Made by a program: the position numbers and the translations under genes
Assembly: GCA_963716175.1 (NCBI GenBank)
Contig: OY970296.1
Span: forward strand, 1,504,001 to 1,568,000
Source of the DNA: an uncultured Armatimonadetes bacterium
Lineage (GTDB): Bacteria; Armatimonadota; Hebobacteria; Hebobacterales; Hebobacteraceae
Length of the DNA: 64,000 nt
Reading direction: 5' to 3'
Part shown: piece after piece, positions 9,523 through 19,622 of the stretch
How positions within the stretch are numbered: position 1 is the first letter of the stretch
Layout: each line of letters starts with the position of its first letter
Notes under the pieces: generated by a model
Database searches by the model: none
The model's input: the letters and a program-made list of their open reading frames with translations, nothing else
Told to the model about the DNA's origin: nothing

Positions 9523-12414
9523 CTCAAAGAAGCGGAGGCCCGCCACCTCCGTCGAGTCCGTTCGCCACCAGGATAAGCGGGTCAACATCCCCACCACCGA
9601 GCTGAGTGCATTCGTGGCCGATGACGAAAGGGCGCCGCGGACCGTGCTCTATCCCCGCGATCCCTCCCTCGATCCCCAGCTCGTGTGGCGAGGCAAAGAC
9701 GAGCAGGATGGCGAGCCGCTGGAAGTGCCGGCCGTTCCCGTCTACATCCAGGAGAAGATTCACCCGCAGGCGCTGATCGAGAACCTGCGCGAGACCGCCC
9801 GGGCGGGAGAACAGGAGCCTGAGCTTCGCCTCTTCGACGACTTCAACGGCATCTACGACTTCGAGCGCAAGGTCGAGTTCTACCAGCACCCCATGAACTG
9901 GTCGAACCGGATGATCCTGGGCGACTCCCTCCTGGTGATGACCTCGCTCGCCGAGAAGGAAGGCCTCAAGGGCAAGGTCCAGATGATCTACCTGGACCCT
10001 CCCTATGGCATCCAGTTCGGCTCCAACTGGCAGGTCAGCACACGCAGGCGGACTATGGTCGACGGGAGGATCGAGGACGCCACTCGCGAACCGGAGCAGA
10101 TCAGGGCCTTCCGCGACACCTGGAAGCTGGGCATCCACTCCTACCTCGCCTACTGGCGCGACAGGCTCATGGTGGCACGCGACCTCCTGACCGAAACCGG
10201 TTCCATCTTCGTCCAGATCGGGGACGAGAACTTGCATCTCGTCAGATCGCTGATGGACGAGGTTTTCGGAAGTGAGAACTTCATCGCCTTTATCCCATTT
10301 CGCAAGAAGACGATGCCGTTGGGTGCTAGGTACCTGGAAGGGATCTCCGATTACCTGCTCTGGTATGCAAAGGCCAGAGATCTGGCGAAGTACAGGCAGC
10401 TGTACATTCAGAAGACTGCTGAGGGGGATACCCACTGGGACCGGGTCGAACTCCCTGACGGCACGCGCCGCAAGATGACTCGGGAGGAGATCGCAGATCA
10501 CGGGCTGCTACCCGTAGGAGCCCAGCCTTACCAACTGATCGCGCTGTATCCGGTCGGCATCAATGCCAGTGGTCTCTTCGAGGTGAAGTTTGACGGTGTC
10601 CCTTATGCTCCGCCCAGAGGGAAGAGTTGGCTGACCAGCCCGGAGGGGATGCGCCGTCTCATTCGCGCCAACCGCATCGAGCCGTATGCTGGTGGCGCCA
10701 CGATAAGGTACGTGCTGAAACTCGGCGACTACCCGCACAGCCCACTGACAAACCTATGGGCGGACACATCTGCACCCACGGATATGACATACGTGGTAGA
10801 GACAAACCGCAGAGTCATTGAACGATGCCTCCTGATGACGACCGACCCTGGCGACCTTGTGCTTGACCCAACCTGTGGTAGCGGTACCACCGCCTACGTC
10901 GCTGAGGAGTGGGGGCGACGATGGATAACGGTCGACACGAGCCGCGTGGCGCTCACGCTCGCCCGTACGCGGCTGATGTCGGGCCGATACCGCTACTACC
11001 TACTGGCCGATTCCCCAGAAGGCGCCGGTAAGGAATCCGAGATCACGGGGCAGCCACCCCCAAGTCAGTCTGCCAGCACGAAGGGCGACATCCGTCGCGG
11101 GTTCGTCTTGCGACGCGCGCCCGGATCGCACGCGAATACATCGCGAACAACGAGGAGATCGACACAGTTGATGCCCGTTGGCAGGAACGGCTGGAGCCGG
11201 TGCGCACGAAGCTCAACAGGGCGCTGAAGCAGAACTGGGAGGAATGGGAGGTCCCGCGCGATGCCGATGACAGGTGGTCGGCCGAAGCCATTCGCCTGCA
11301 CGCGGAGTGGTGGAAGTTGCGCAGAGAGCGGCATAGGCAGATGGAGGGCTCCATCATGCGCCACGCCGACACCGGGTTTCTCTGCGACCGACCCTACGAA
11401 GACAGCAAGCGCATCCGGGTGAGCGGGCCGTTCACTGTCGAGAGCCTGTCGCCCCACCGAGTGCTCTCGACCGATGAAGAGCGCCCGACCTCCGAGGCCG
11501 AAGCGGAGGCGGCCGGCGGCCCGCGCCAGTTCGAGACCATCGTCATCGAGAACCTGCGGAAAGCCGGCGTCCAGAACACCGTGAGGCAGGAGCGGCTGAA
11601 GTTCGAGCGGCTCGAGGCCTTCCCTGGCGTCTACGTGCAGGCTGCTGGCGAGTACCTGGAGGGAGAGCAGCCGCGGCGGGTGGCCGTGTGCATCGGACCC
11701 GAGTACGGCACGGTCGGCCCCGATCTCGTCCGCGAGGCGGCGAAGGAAGCCGTCCAGGGAGTCGGGTTCGACCTACTCCTGGTCTGCGGCCTGGCCTTCG
11801 ATCCCCACGCCGGTGAAGCGGCCCGCGAGTTCAACCCCGAGCGCGGTGGGCGCCACGATGACTTCGCGGTCGCAGAGGCGGCCAAGCAGTACGGCAAGCT
11901 GCCAGTCCTCCTGGTGCGCATCAACGCCGACCTGGCCTATGGAGACGAGTTCCTCAAGCGGACCGGCGCCGGCAACCTGTTCATGATCTTCGGCGAGCCG
12001 GATGTGGAGATGCGGCGCGCGGACGACGGCAAGCTCATCGTGGAGATCAAGGGCGTGGACGTCTATGACCCGACCACCGGCCAGATTCGAAGCCACACCA
12101 CCGACGACATCGCTTGCTGGTTCATTGACACCAACTACGACGGCGAGAGCTTCTTCGTTCGCCACGCCTACTTCTGCGGCGACGACGAGCCGTATGAGAA
12201 GCTCAAGCGCGCCCTGAAGGCCGAGATAGACGAAGCCGCCTGGGCCACCCTCTACTCCACCACCTCCCGCCCCTTCGACCGCCCCGCCACCGGCAAGATC
12301 GCCGTCAAAGTCATCAACCACTACGGTGACGAGGTGCTGAAGGTGTATGAGGTGGATGCCGGCGCCAGCGGCTCAGACGCTGGAAGGCCTCGTGCAGCTC
12401 GCGGGCGAGGCTAG
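9515..12414 (+). pseudogene. mod: Type III adenine methyltransferase Mod, split by a frameshift near 11120
   Basis: DPPY and DPTCGSGTT in ORF 9515-11227; homology continues in the -1 frame (RIAREYIANNEEID...IAVKVINHYGDEVLKV) to 12414. Confidence 0.85.
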
Positions 12415-12419
12415 TAGAC

Positions 12420-14246
12420 ATGCTCGTTCGCCCTTCCGGGAACATCAGTCTCGGCTGGAAGCTCGATGATCCACTGAACATGGTCCTTGTCCAGCCATTC
12501 TACGCGATTGAGCCAGGTGGGAGCAACGCTTTCGCGCTCGATCCACAGTCGGCAGCACGTCAGCGGCTAACAATCGGAACCGTCCTGTCGTTCCTGAGCG
12601 ATTCAGATGGGCGGGTACCCCACTTGTTCAGACAAGTCCGCTTAGTAGTGCTACCTGAGTTCTCGGTTCCATATGACATGGTGCAGCAAGTCGTCGACCG
12701 GATGAGCGCGACGCGTCCAGGGATGCTCCTTGTGGCTGGGATAGAGCGTCAAAGCCTTCAGCAATATGGGTATCTCGTCGAGACGTACGTTACCGACGGC
12801 GCCTTCCGAGAGCAGGAGATCGATAAGCTCACACAGCACAACAATCCGGCGCGGAATTGGGTCAATGCCGCCCTAGTCGCGTGGAGAGACGGCGTTGGGA
12901 CCCCCGGTGTGCTCTTCCAGAGGAAGATCTGCCCCAGCAACCTCGAGTCCCAGACTCTGTGCACTGGCGATGTCATTCATACGCTACGAGTTGATGGTGC
13001 ACTGTTCGGCTTCGCAATATGCTCGGATCTTCTAGATGCAGATCCCCCGCCTCCAGAGCCCCCGATATCAGTTGCCCAGCAGATATGCGAAGGGTGCGTC
13101 GACTCTCCGCTGGACGTTCTCGTCCACGTGCAGTACAACCCGAAGCCACGACATACGACAGTCGGTGCGGGCACACACACACTTCTAACCAATCTGGCTA
13201 CCAGGGATGCTCTGGTAGTACGAGTCAACAGGGCGGCATCCTGCGAGGAGCACTCCGAGTACGGCGTGAGTGGCGCAGTTGTGGGCCGGCATCGAAGTTT
13301 CGGTGATCCTCCTGAGTGTTGCTGTGTCCGTGACGAAAACGATATGCGATGGTACGATATGAGGCCACAGCGGGCATGCGCGTTCCTTCTGCAGACGTAC
13401 CTGCCAAGTGCGGTTGAGGGGCCGCAGGTTCCGGCCGGACAGCAGCCGGTTCGATACGCGCTCTGGCTACCCACGCCTAATCCTGACGACGACATCAACT
13501 TCACACTCCCTAGGGCGGCAAGTCCCGAGCCGCGCCGCTTCGGGGGATGGCGCGCCTTTGAATGGAAGCCGTGGTCGAAACCAGGCAGGGACCTGCTCAA
13601 GCCGACCGGGGACAATGAAGATCTCCATAGCTACCTCAAAGAGAAATACCAGGAACTCCGCCGGGCAGTGTGGGGAGACAATGGACGCTGCCTTTCGCTG
13701 TGGGCAGAGAAGGCAGTCCAATTCCACGCTGACACCATTCAAGACTGCCCCGATCATTGGCACATCAGAGGGGTGACCGAAGCACTTCGCAAGCTCGTTG
13801 CCGGCATGACACTCATCCATGCCGGCCCCGGGCTAGCTCCCATCGAGTGGACCGACGGAGTGCCACCGAGGGCCGCCATGAGGTTCGCCGGTGCCTTGGC
13901 TGCCAGCGTGCACTGCCGTGATGCTGCTTCGTTGCGGTGGCCTGCCATCAAGGCACGACTGGTACCGGACGCCCAATCAGGCGCTTCCCACAAAGACTGG
14001 TATGTCGTGTCGAATGCTGGAGGGCATCCTTGTGCTGAGGCCCTTCCATACGCCGGCTTGGTGCATCCCGCCGCAGCAACTTACGGTGTAGCCGCTGAGG
14101 GCGCTGATCCAAGGAGCGTGGCGGTTCCATGTGTCCTGGCAGTGCCAGTTGGAGAGCTCGAGGACAGAGTGTTGGATGCCGCGGGCGTCACACGCGGGAC
14201 GGTCGCCGAAGCGGTGCTGGCTATCGAGGGTTGTGCTGGATGGTGA
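12420..14246 (+). CDS. Nitrilase/carbon-nitrogen hydrolase-fold protein with unknown C-terminal domain (putative defence effector)
   Basis: Catalytic triad motifs LVVLPEF (E), QRKICPS (K), AICSD (C). Confidence 0.7.
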   Translation: MLVRPSGNISLGWKLDDPLNMVLVQPFYAIEPGGSNAFALDPQSAARQRLTIGTVLSFLSDSDGRVPHLFRQVRLVVLPEFSVPYDMVQQVVDRMSATRPGMLLVAGIERQSLQQYGYLVETYVTDGAFREQEIDKLTQHNNPARNWVNAALVAWRDGVGTPGVLFQRKICPSNLESQTLCTGDVIHTLRVDGALFGFAICSDLLDADPPPPEPPISVAQQICEGCVDSPLDVLVHVQYNPKPRHTTVGAGTHTLLTNLATRDALVVRVNRAASCEEHSEYGVSGAVVGRHRSFGDPPECCCVRDENDMRWYDMRPQRACAFLLQTYLPSAVEGPQVPAGQQPVRYALWLPTPNPDDDINFTLPRAASPEPRRFGGWRAFEWKPWSKPGRDLLKPTGDNEDLHSYLKEKYQELRRAVWGDNGRCLSLWAEKAVQFHADTIQDCPDHWHIRGVTEALRKLVAGMTLIHAGPGLAPIEWTDGVPPRAAMRFAGALAASVHCRDAASLRWPAIKARLVPDAQSGASHKDWYVVSNAGGHPCAEALPYAGLVHPAAATYGVAAEGADPRSVAVPCVLAVPVGELEDRVLDAAGVTRGTVAEAVLAIEGCAGW

Positions 14247-14265
14247 GCTGGAAAGGCGGCTGGAG

Positions 14266-17200
14266 ATGAGGAACGCTTACAGCAGTTCGGTGTTGGAGGC
14301 ACTCGAAGAGACACTCGTACCCCGCGTCCCAGGCATGAAGCGGGAGAGGAACCTAAGGACAGAACTGCTCGACGCCGTGTACTCATTCTGGTCTGGAGTC
14401 ATAGGCGTCCAGGTCTGCGAGACGTGGGACGAGCTGAGGAGCCGGTGGGAGGACTCTCAACATGAGCTGGGCGCACTCATGCGCACTCGTCGGATTGCCC
14501 GCGGCTGGGGCAATGACGCATACCTCCTGTTCCTTGTGAACCAATCGGCTCTTACATCAGCCGGTGAACAGGCTGTCAAGCTGCTTAGGAGCATCGAGAT
14601 CTCCCCGTTCGAGTGCCTCAAAGAGGTCGTGCCTCTCGATGCGACATGGCGAGACGAGCTGGGTGCTCTCACTTTCGTACCTCTACAGGAGGAGCATCCA
14701 GGAGTGCCCGACCGAGCCAGCACGGCAGTGCGGGAGCTTCTGGAAAGCCTCGGAGTTCATCCTAGTCTGGCCCGCGACCTAACTATGTTCAGGCCGGGAG
14801 TGGACGCGGTGGTACAGGCGCTTGTGGAGGACCGTTACGGTGAACCGCCAGGGTCTGTCCGAGTCCCGGAAGTCACATCTGTCGCGAGCGCCCGGGGAGT
14901 GACGGAGCGCGCTGTCACCCCTCTCCCTCGGACCGCGGCGCGGGTGCGTCTCAAGCGACTGGTTCTGGAGCACTTCAGGAGCTTCGGCACCCCATCGGCT
15001 CCAGTCGAGCTCGATTTGTCTGGTGACCTTACCCTAGTCTACGGCGAGAACGGAACTGGGAAGACCTGCCTTGCGCAGGCGATCGAGTGGGCAATCTGTG
15101 GCGACGTTGGATCTCTGTCTGAGGCCGTACGGAGGGAGGGGATTGGGGCCGGCCGAGTGGTTCGGAGCATGTGGGCACAGGGCGAGAAGGCCGCAGTGCG
15201 GCTGGAGCTTTCCAAAGGCGGGCCGTTGGACTGCGTGGAGAGCGTGGGGGGCGCTCGGCGCTTCAGAGGTGTGTCCCGGAAGGAAGAGATGCTTTGGCGC
15301 GACCTCCTGGGCATTGGGCGGAGGTACAAGACAGAGCGGCATGAGCTTGTACGCGACCGAGTGAGAGCCGGCCTGATGTTACTGCAGAGGCAGATGAGCC
15401 ACCTCCTGTTGGTGAACTCTGAGGAGCGTCTGGGGCAGTTCGCCGCGTTGCTTGGAGAATCGACTCTGGCTCGTACGACAAGCAAGCTGACTAGCACGAA
15501 CCGTGAGCTTGGCCGCCAACTCGAGCAGCGGAATGAGAGCGGCGCAGCTTCCCGAGACCGTCAGAGATCCCTCCGCGATGAACGGAGCAACATGGTAGCC
15601 GAACTGTCAACTGGAATCGCAGGAATCGGCTCTGCTCCGACCCTGCAGGAGTACCTCGGCCGCGCTCGCGACTACCATGTCGCGGCAGACATCAGCATCC
15701 CGGCCGGGTTGGCTCGACCTCAGACTGACGAAGCAGCAGAGGTCGCTGTGCGCAGGGTCGTGGAACAGCTCGAGGAGCGCAGAGCGTCTCTCGTGGGTGC
15801 CCTGGAGCGCACGAAGCGCGTGGGTGAGTGCTCCAAGCAGCTGGCATCGGCAAAGGCGCAACTCGCTCAGGCCGAAGAGGCCTTGGTGAAAGCCCGAACG
15901 GACCACAGAGATGCGGCGGCCAGGGCTGCCGAGCTCCAGCACGCACTTGAGCGCCTTGACCAGGAGATCGCCACTCTGCGTTCGACGCACCAGGAACGTG
16001 CTGAGCGTCGGCGCGCTCTGGAGCGATGGTTCGAACTCGAACCGCTGATTCGTAATCGGAGGGAACGCCTCGCCCAAGTGGCACACCGGATAGCAGCCTC
16101 GCGACAGGAAGTCGACCGTCTCGACAACGAGGTGAACGCAAGGAGCACGGCCCTGCACTCGGCACAGAGCAGCCTTGACGGGGCCAGCCGAGGGCGGGAT
16201 CAGGCCCAGGGCACTGTTCACAGACTGGAAGAGATTGCCGGCTTGCTCAGACGTCACGGCCAGCCTGACGCCCAGCGTCAGCGGCTTGAGGCCGGGCAAC
16301 GGCAGGCGACTGCATCTGCAAGGAGATGCCAGGAGGAGTTGGCGCGTGTAGTCCGGCAGCGGGACAACGCGGCGGCGGCCGTTTCGTCAACGGAGCTCAG
16401 ACTGAGTCAGCTTCGGAGCAGACGCGAAGACAGAGACCGCCTACTGCAGAGTCTCCGTGAGCACATTGACGGTGACGAGTGTCCCCTCTGCTCTCACAGA
16501 TACGAGAGTCGGGAGCGCTTGCTTGCAGCTATAGAGCACAAGATTGGGTCCCCGTCTGTTGATGAGCAGTCGCTGATGTCCCAGCTCGACCGAGAGAGAA
16601 CGTTGGTGGCCGAGTGCGAGCAACTAGTAACGGAGTGCGAGAGGGGAATGGTAGACGCAGAGCATAGGAAGGCCGAGGCGGCGGATGCAGCCGACCGGGC
16701 CGCCGAACTCACCAACACCTTCCTGACTATGCTCTCTGCGGCAGGGCTTTCGCCAGGCGCGTCGCTTGAGACTGTGTCGGATGAACTCGAGCGATGGCAG
16801 GAGTTCCTTGGCAGCGCGGAGTCAAAGGTATCGCAGCTTCAGCTAGCGCTCACAGCGGAGGAGCAGATGCTCCGGGAGGTGTCGGATCGCCGACGAGCTG
16901 CTTGGGACGAGATCGGGCGATTGTCTGGTGAGGAGAGAGAGCTGACGCAGCAGTTGGACGCGGCCGTTGCAGAGGTCACGTCGACACTCGGGGCACTGCC
17001 GCAGCACGATGAGGAACTCGCGCGTGAGCTCGAACAGGTGCGCATTGAGCAGCAGTCATCTGCAAAGCAACTGCAGCAAGCCGATTCTCAACGGGCTCGC
17101 ATAGCTCGCGATCTGGAGAATGGTCGCCAGACGCTCCAGGCATATGAGACAAGCACTCGGGTCGCCGAACAGCAGGCAGCTGAGCGTGGCAGCAACGTTG

Positions 17201-17979
17201 CGAGGCTAGAGAGCGATCTCAGAGCTTTGGGGCCGGCCGAACCGGCGCCTGTGGAAGCAACGGAGCACGAACTTGCCCAGGTCGAGCAGCTTGTGCGCGA
17301 CGGTCAGACGGTGCTCCGAGCGGCGAGCTCGCGTGCGGCAAGAGAAAGGCTGGCCGCCACCGATGCCCAGCTCCGCGCCTTAGCGGACGAGATGCACAAG
17401 AACGAGCGGGAGATCGAGAAGCTGAGAAAGTGGCAGGACGTCTTTGAACAGGCCACAAGCATCTTACGGCAGGAGGAAGCAAGGGTAGTAAGCCAAGGGC
17501 TTGAGCCAATCGGCCGCCTCATGCAGACGGTCCACCGAAGGCTCGCAAGGCATCCGATCTTCGATGAACTGAAGTGGGAGGTACGTGAGAAGGCAATCCA
17601 CTTCTGGGTGGAATCACGGACTGGCATCGTCAAAGGCCGGCGACTCGTACAAGCCTACACAAACGAGGCCTACCACAACATCGTGGCGCTCTCCGTGTTC
17701 CTCGCTTCCGCTCTATGTCGAGGCGGCAAACTCAGAGCGGTCGTGTTGGATGACCCCGTCCAAGCAATGGATGAGGTGAACATCTACGGTCTCCTGGACC
17801 TGCTCAGGCAGGTGTCGACGCTGAGTCAGGTCATCGTCACCACCGGCAGAAACGATCTTTTCCATCTCGCACGCGCGAAGTTTGCTTGCCTGAACGATGG
17901 TGGCGAGCAACGCTTCCACGCATATCGGCTGGGATGGGGAGGCCCTGGGGTTGGGACGACGGTGGAGGAGGTAACCTGA
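14266..17979 (+). CDS. SMC/Rad50-like ABC ATPase with N-terminal ABC-3C middle-component-like domain (LmuC-LmuB-like fusion)
   Basis: Walker A GENGTGKT, long coiled coils, CPLC zinc hook, Walker B/D-loop LDDPVQAMD; extra ~200-aa N-terminus with DAYLLFLV...IE...CLKEVV; start uncertain (ORF open from 14131). Confidence 0.75.
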   Translation: MRNAYSSSVLEALEETLVPRVPGMKRERNLRTELLDAVYSFWSGVIGVQVCETWDELRSRWEDSQHELGALMRTRRIARGWGNDAYLLFLVNQSALTSAGEQAVKLLRSIEISPFECLKEVVPLDATWRDELGALTFVPLQEEHPGVPDRASTAVRELLESLGVHPSLARDLTMFRPGVDAVVQALVEDRYGEPPGSVRVPEVTSVASARGVTERAVTPLPRTAARVRLKRLVLEHFRSFGTPSAPVELDLSGDLTLVYGENGTGKTCLAQAIEWAICGDVGSLSEAVRREGIGAGRVVRSMWAQGEKAAVRLELSKGGPLDCVESVGGARRFRGVSRKEEMLWRDLLGIGRRYKTERHELVRDRVRAGLMLLQRQMSHLLLVNSEERLGQFAALLGESTLARTTSKLTSTNRELGRQLEQRNESGAASRDRQRSLRDERSNMVAELSTGIAGIGSAPTLQEYLGRARDYHVAADISIPAGLARPQTDEAAEVAVRRVVEQLEERRASLVGALERTKRVGECSKQLASAKAQLAQAEEALVKARTDHRDAAARAAELQHALERLDQEIATLRSTHQERAERRRALERWFELEPLIRNRRERLAQVAHRIAASRQEVDRLDNEVNARSTALHSAQSSLDGASRGRDQAQGTVHRLEEIAGLLRRHGQPDAQRQRLEAGQRQATASARRCQEELARVVRQRDNAAAAVSSTELRLSQLRSRREDRDRLLQSLREHIDGDECPLCSHRYESRERLLAAIEHKIGSPSVDEQSLMSQLDRERTLVAECEQLVTECERGMVDAEHRKAEAADAADRAAELTNTFLTMLSAAGLSPGASLETVSDELERWQEFLGSAESKVSQLQLALTAEEQMLREVSDRRRAAWDEIGRLSGEERELTQQLDAAVAEVTSTLGALPQHDEELARELEQVRIEQQSSAKQLQQADSQRARIARDLENGRQTLQAYETSTRVAEQQAAERGSNVARLESDLRALGPAEPAPVEATEHELAQVEQLVRDGQTVLRAASSRAARERLAATDAQLRALADEMHKNEREIEKLRKWQDVFEQATSILRQEEARVVSQGLEPIGRLMQTVHRRLARHPIFDELKWEVREKAIHFWVESRTGIVKGRRLVQAYTNEAYHNIVALSVFLASALCRGGKLRAVVLDDPVQAMDEVNIYGLLDLLRQVSTLSQVIVTTGRNDLFHLARAKFACLNDGGEQRFHAYRLGWGGPGVGTTVEEVT

Positions 17980-18075
17980 CTCCTGACGCTGTCCCGGCCC
18001 GAGACTGGCGCTCGCGGGCATGCAAGGAAGGCGTAGACTAAGAGATTGCGTTGCGCCCCGGTGCCTGTGTTCCTG

Positions 18076-18234
18076 CTACCGCGCCAGCGACGCTTTGGGC
18101 TCGCGGCCACTTTGTAGCTGGCCCTCGTAGACCAGCACCATATCCCCCAGCAGCTTCGCCAGGCTCATCCCTGCGGTCTCGGCGACCTGGCGCATTCTGG
18201 CCGCCAACGCCCCCCGGATCGGCACCGTGAGCAT
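18076..18234 (-). CDS. Small ribbon-helix-helix-like protein
   Basis: MLTVPIRGALAARMRQVAETAGMSLAKLLGDM fits a strand-helix-helix pattern. Confidence 0.4.
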   Translation of the reverse strand: MLTVPIRGALAARMRQVAETAGMSLAKLLGDMVLVYEGQLQSGREPKASLAR

Positions 18235-18698
18235 CTCAGGGTGCACCCGAGGCCGCGAACGGCGGCGCACGCTGTCCCACACCAGGTGGCCCCGCGGAAT
18301 GAGCCCGTAGCAGGGGCTAGGACGGGCGATTGCCGCCGGGGGTGTCTCCACCCATCCCCCGCCCGGGGTGCCCCACGCACAGGCACACAGCCCCCCACAG
18401 CCCCTATTTGTGGGCGAGAGCCGCCTGCGCTAAGGCGGCCGGAAGCCGGTTTGTGGCGTTTCGGAACGAGAACGCGCACGGCCTTCTCCAGGGGCTCGCG
18501 TAACTGTAGGGCGGGCATGTCTCCGCATGCCCGCCGACCTTGGGCAGGAGGTAAGCTCCTGCCCAAGGAGAAAGCGCCTCGCCTCCTCCCAGCCTTCCCA
18601 GCGATGGGGAGGTCAGCATGCGGGCCCGCCGCTGGCGGGCCCGCATGCCAGGACCGCGCGCAGTGATGGCGAACTCACGGCGGCAGGGAGGCGATGAC

Positions 18699-19472
18699 AT
18701 GATCCTCGACTGCCATGTGCATCTACCGTCACCGGGCTTGGGCCGGACGCTGGAGTGGGCGCCCTGCACGCCAGACCTGGCAGCGGCGGTGAGCTATCTG
18801 CGGCGCTGCGGCGTAGAGCGGGCGGTGGCCAGCTCCGCCCGGGCGGTGGCGGCGAAGTCGGTAGAAGAGCTGATCGCAGGCAACGACGAGACCGCGCAGG
18901 CGGCAAAGGACTATCCGGGCTTCATCGTGCCCGCCTGTCAGATCAGCACCAACTTCGGCCCGGCATCGCTGGCCGAGACCCGGCGGTGCCATGACGAGTT
19001 CGGCATAGTGTGGGTGGGCGAGCTGTGCGGCTACATTGGCGGCTACCGCTATGACACGGAGGCCTTTCTGGCGGCGATGCAGCTCGCCAGTGATCTGAAT
19101 ATGGTGGTGCAGATACACGAGGAGGATGCGGAGGAGATGAGCCGGCTCTGCGCCGAGTTCCCGGACGTGGACTTCGTGCTCGCCCACTTGGGCGACTCGC
19201 CCGAGGAGTGCAAGCGGCGCTGCGAGCTGGCAGCGAAGCATCAGAACCTGCACCTGGACATCTGCGGACACGGCTACCAGCGCATGGGCGTACTGGAGCT
19301 GGCGGTGCAATGCGCGGGCCCGGACCGCGTGCTCTTCGGCAGCGATCACACCATCAACGACCCGGCCGGGGTGATCGCCCGGGTCCAGCACGCCGGTCTC
19401 GACGACGAGACGAAGGCGAAGATACTGGGCGGGAATACGATGAGGTTGTTGGAGGAGCGCGGAGTGAAGTAA
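18699..19472 (+). CDS. Amidohydrolase_2 family metallohydrolase
   Basis: DCHVH, VQIH, LAHLG, VLFGSD, KILGGN. Confidence 0.85.
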   Translation: MILDCHVHLPSPGLGRTLEWAPCTPDLAAAVSYLRRCGVERAVASSARAVAAKSVEELIAGNDETAQAAKDYPGFIVPACQISTNFGPASLAETRRCHDEFGIVWVGELCGYIGGYRYDTEAFLAAMQLASDLNMVVQIHEEDAEEMSRLCAEFPDVDFVLAHLGDSPEECKRRCELAAKHQNLHLDICGHGYQRMGVLELAVQCAGPDRVLFGSDHTINDPAGVIARVQHAGLDDETKAKILGGNTMRLLEERGVK

Positions 19473-19622
19473 CGGCGGAATCCGCAGATTGCGCAGATCG
19501 GCGCAGATCACGGCGGACACCGGGCGGTGTCCGCCGCTGGCTATTGTAGGGCGCGGTCTCCTGACCGCGCCTGGCGGCATCGGGAGATGCCGCCCTACAG
19601 CCAACGGCCGCAGGAGAAGAGA

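Larger units (their letters stand above)
1..18400. mobile_element. Integrated satellite/PICI-like defence island (left end and integrase outside the window)
   Basis: xis-helicase-iterons-TerS core plus R-M and defence cargo; host REP palindromes are not seen until ~18505; right boundary approximate. Confidence 0.6.

Noticed and set aside
12420-14246. DRT/retron reverse transcriptase-nitrilase system
   Set aside because: No RT motifs (YxDD in an RT context) in or near the gene
18240-18500. tRNA-derived attR at the island's right end
   Set aside because: No tRNA 3' end or matching direct repeat identifiable within the window
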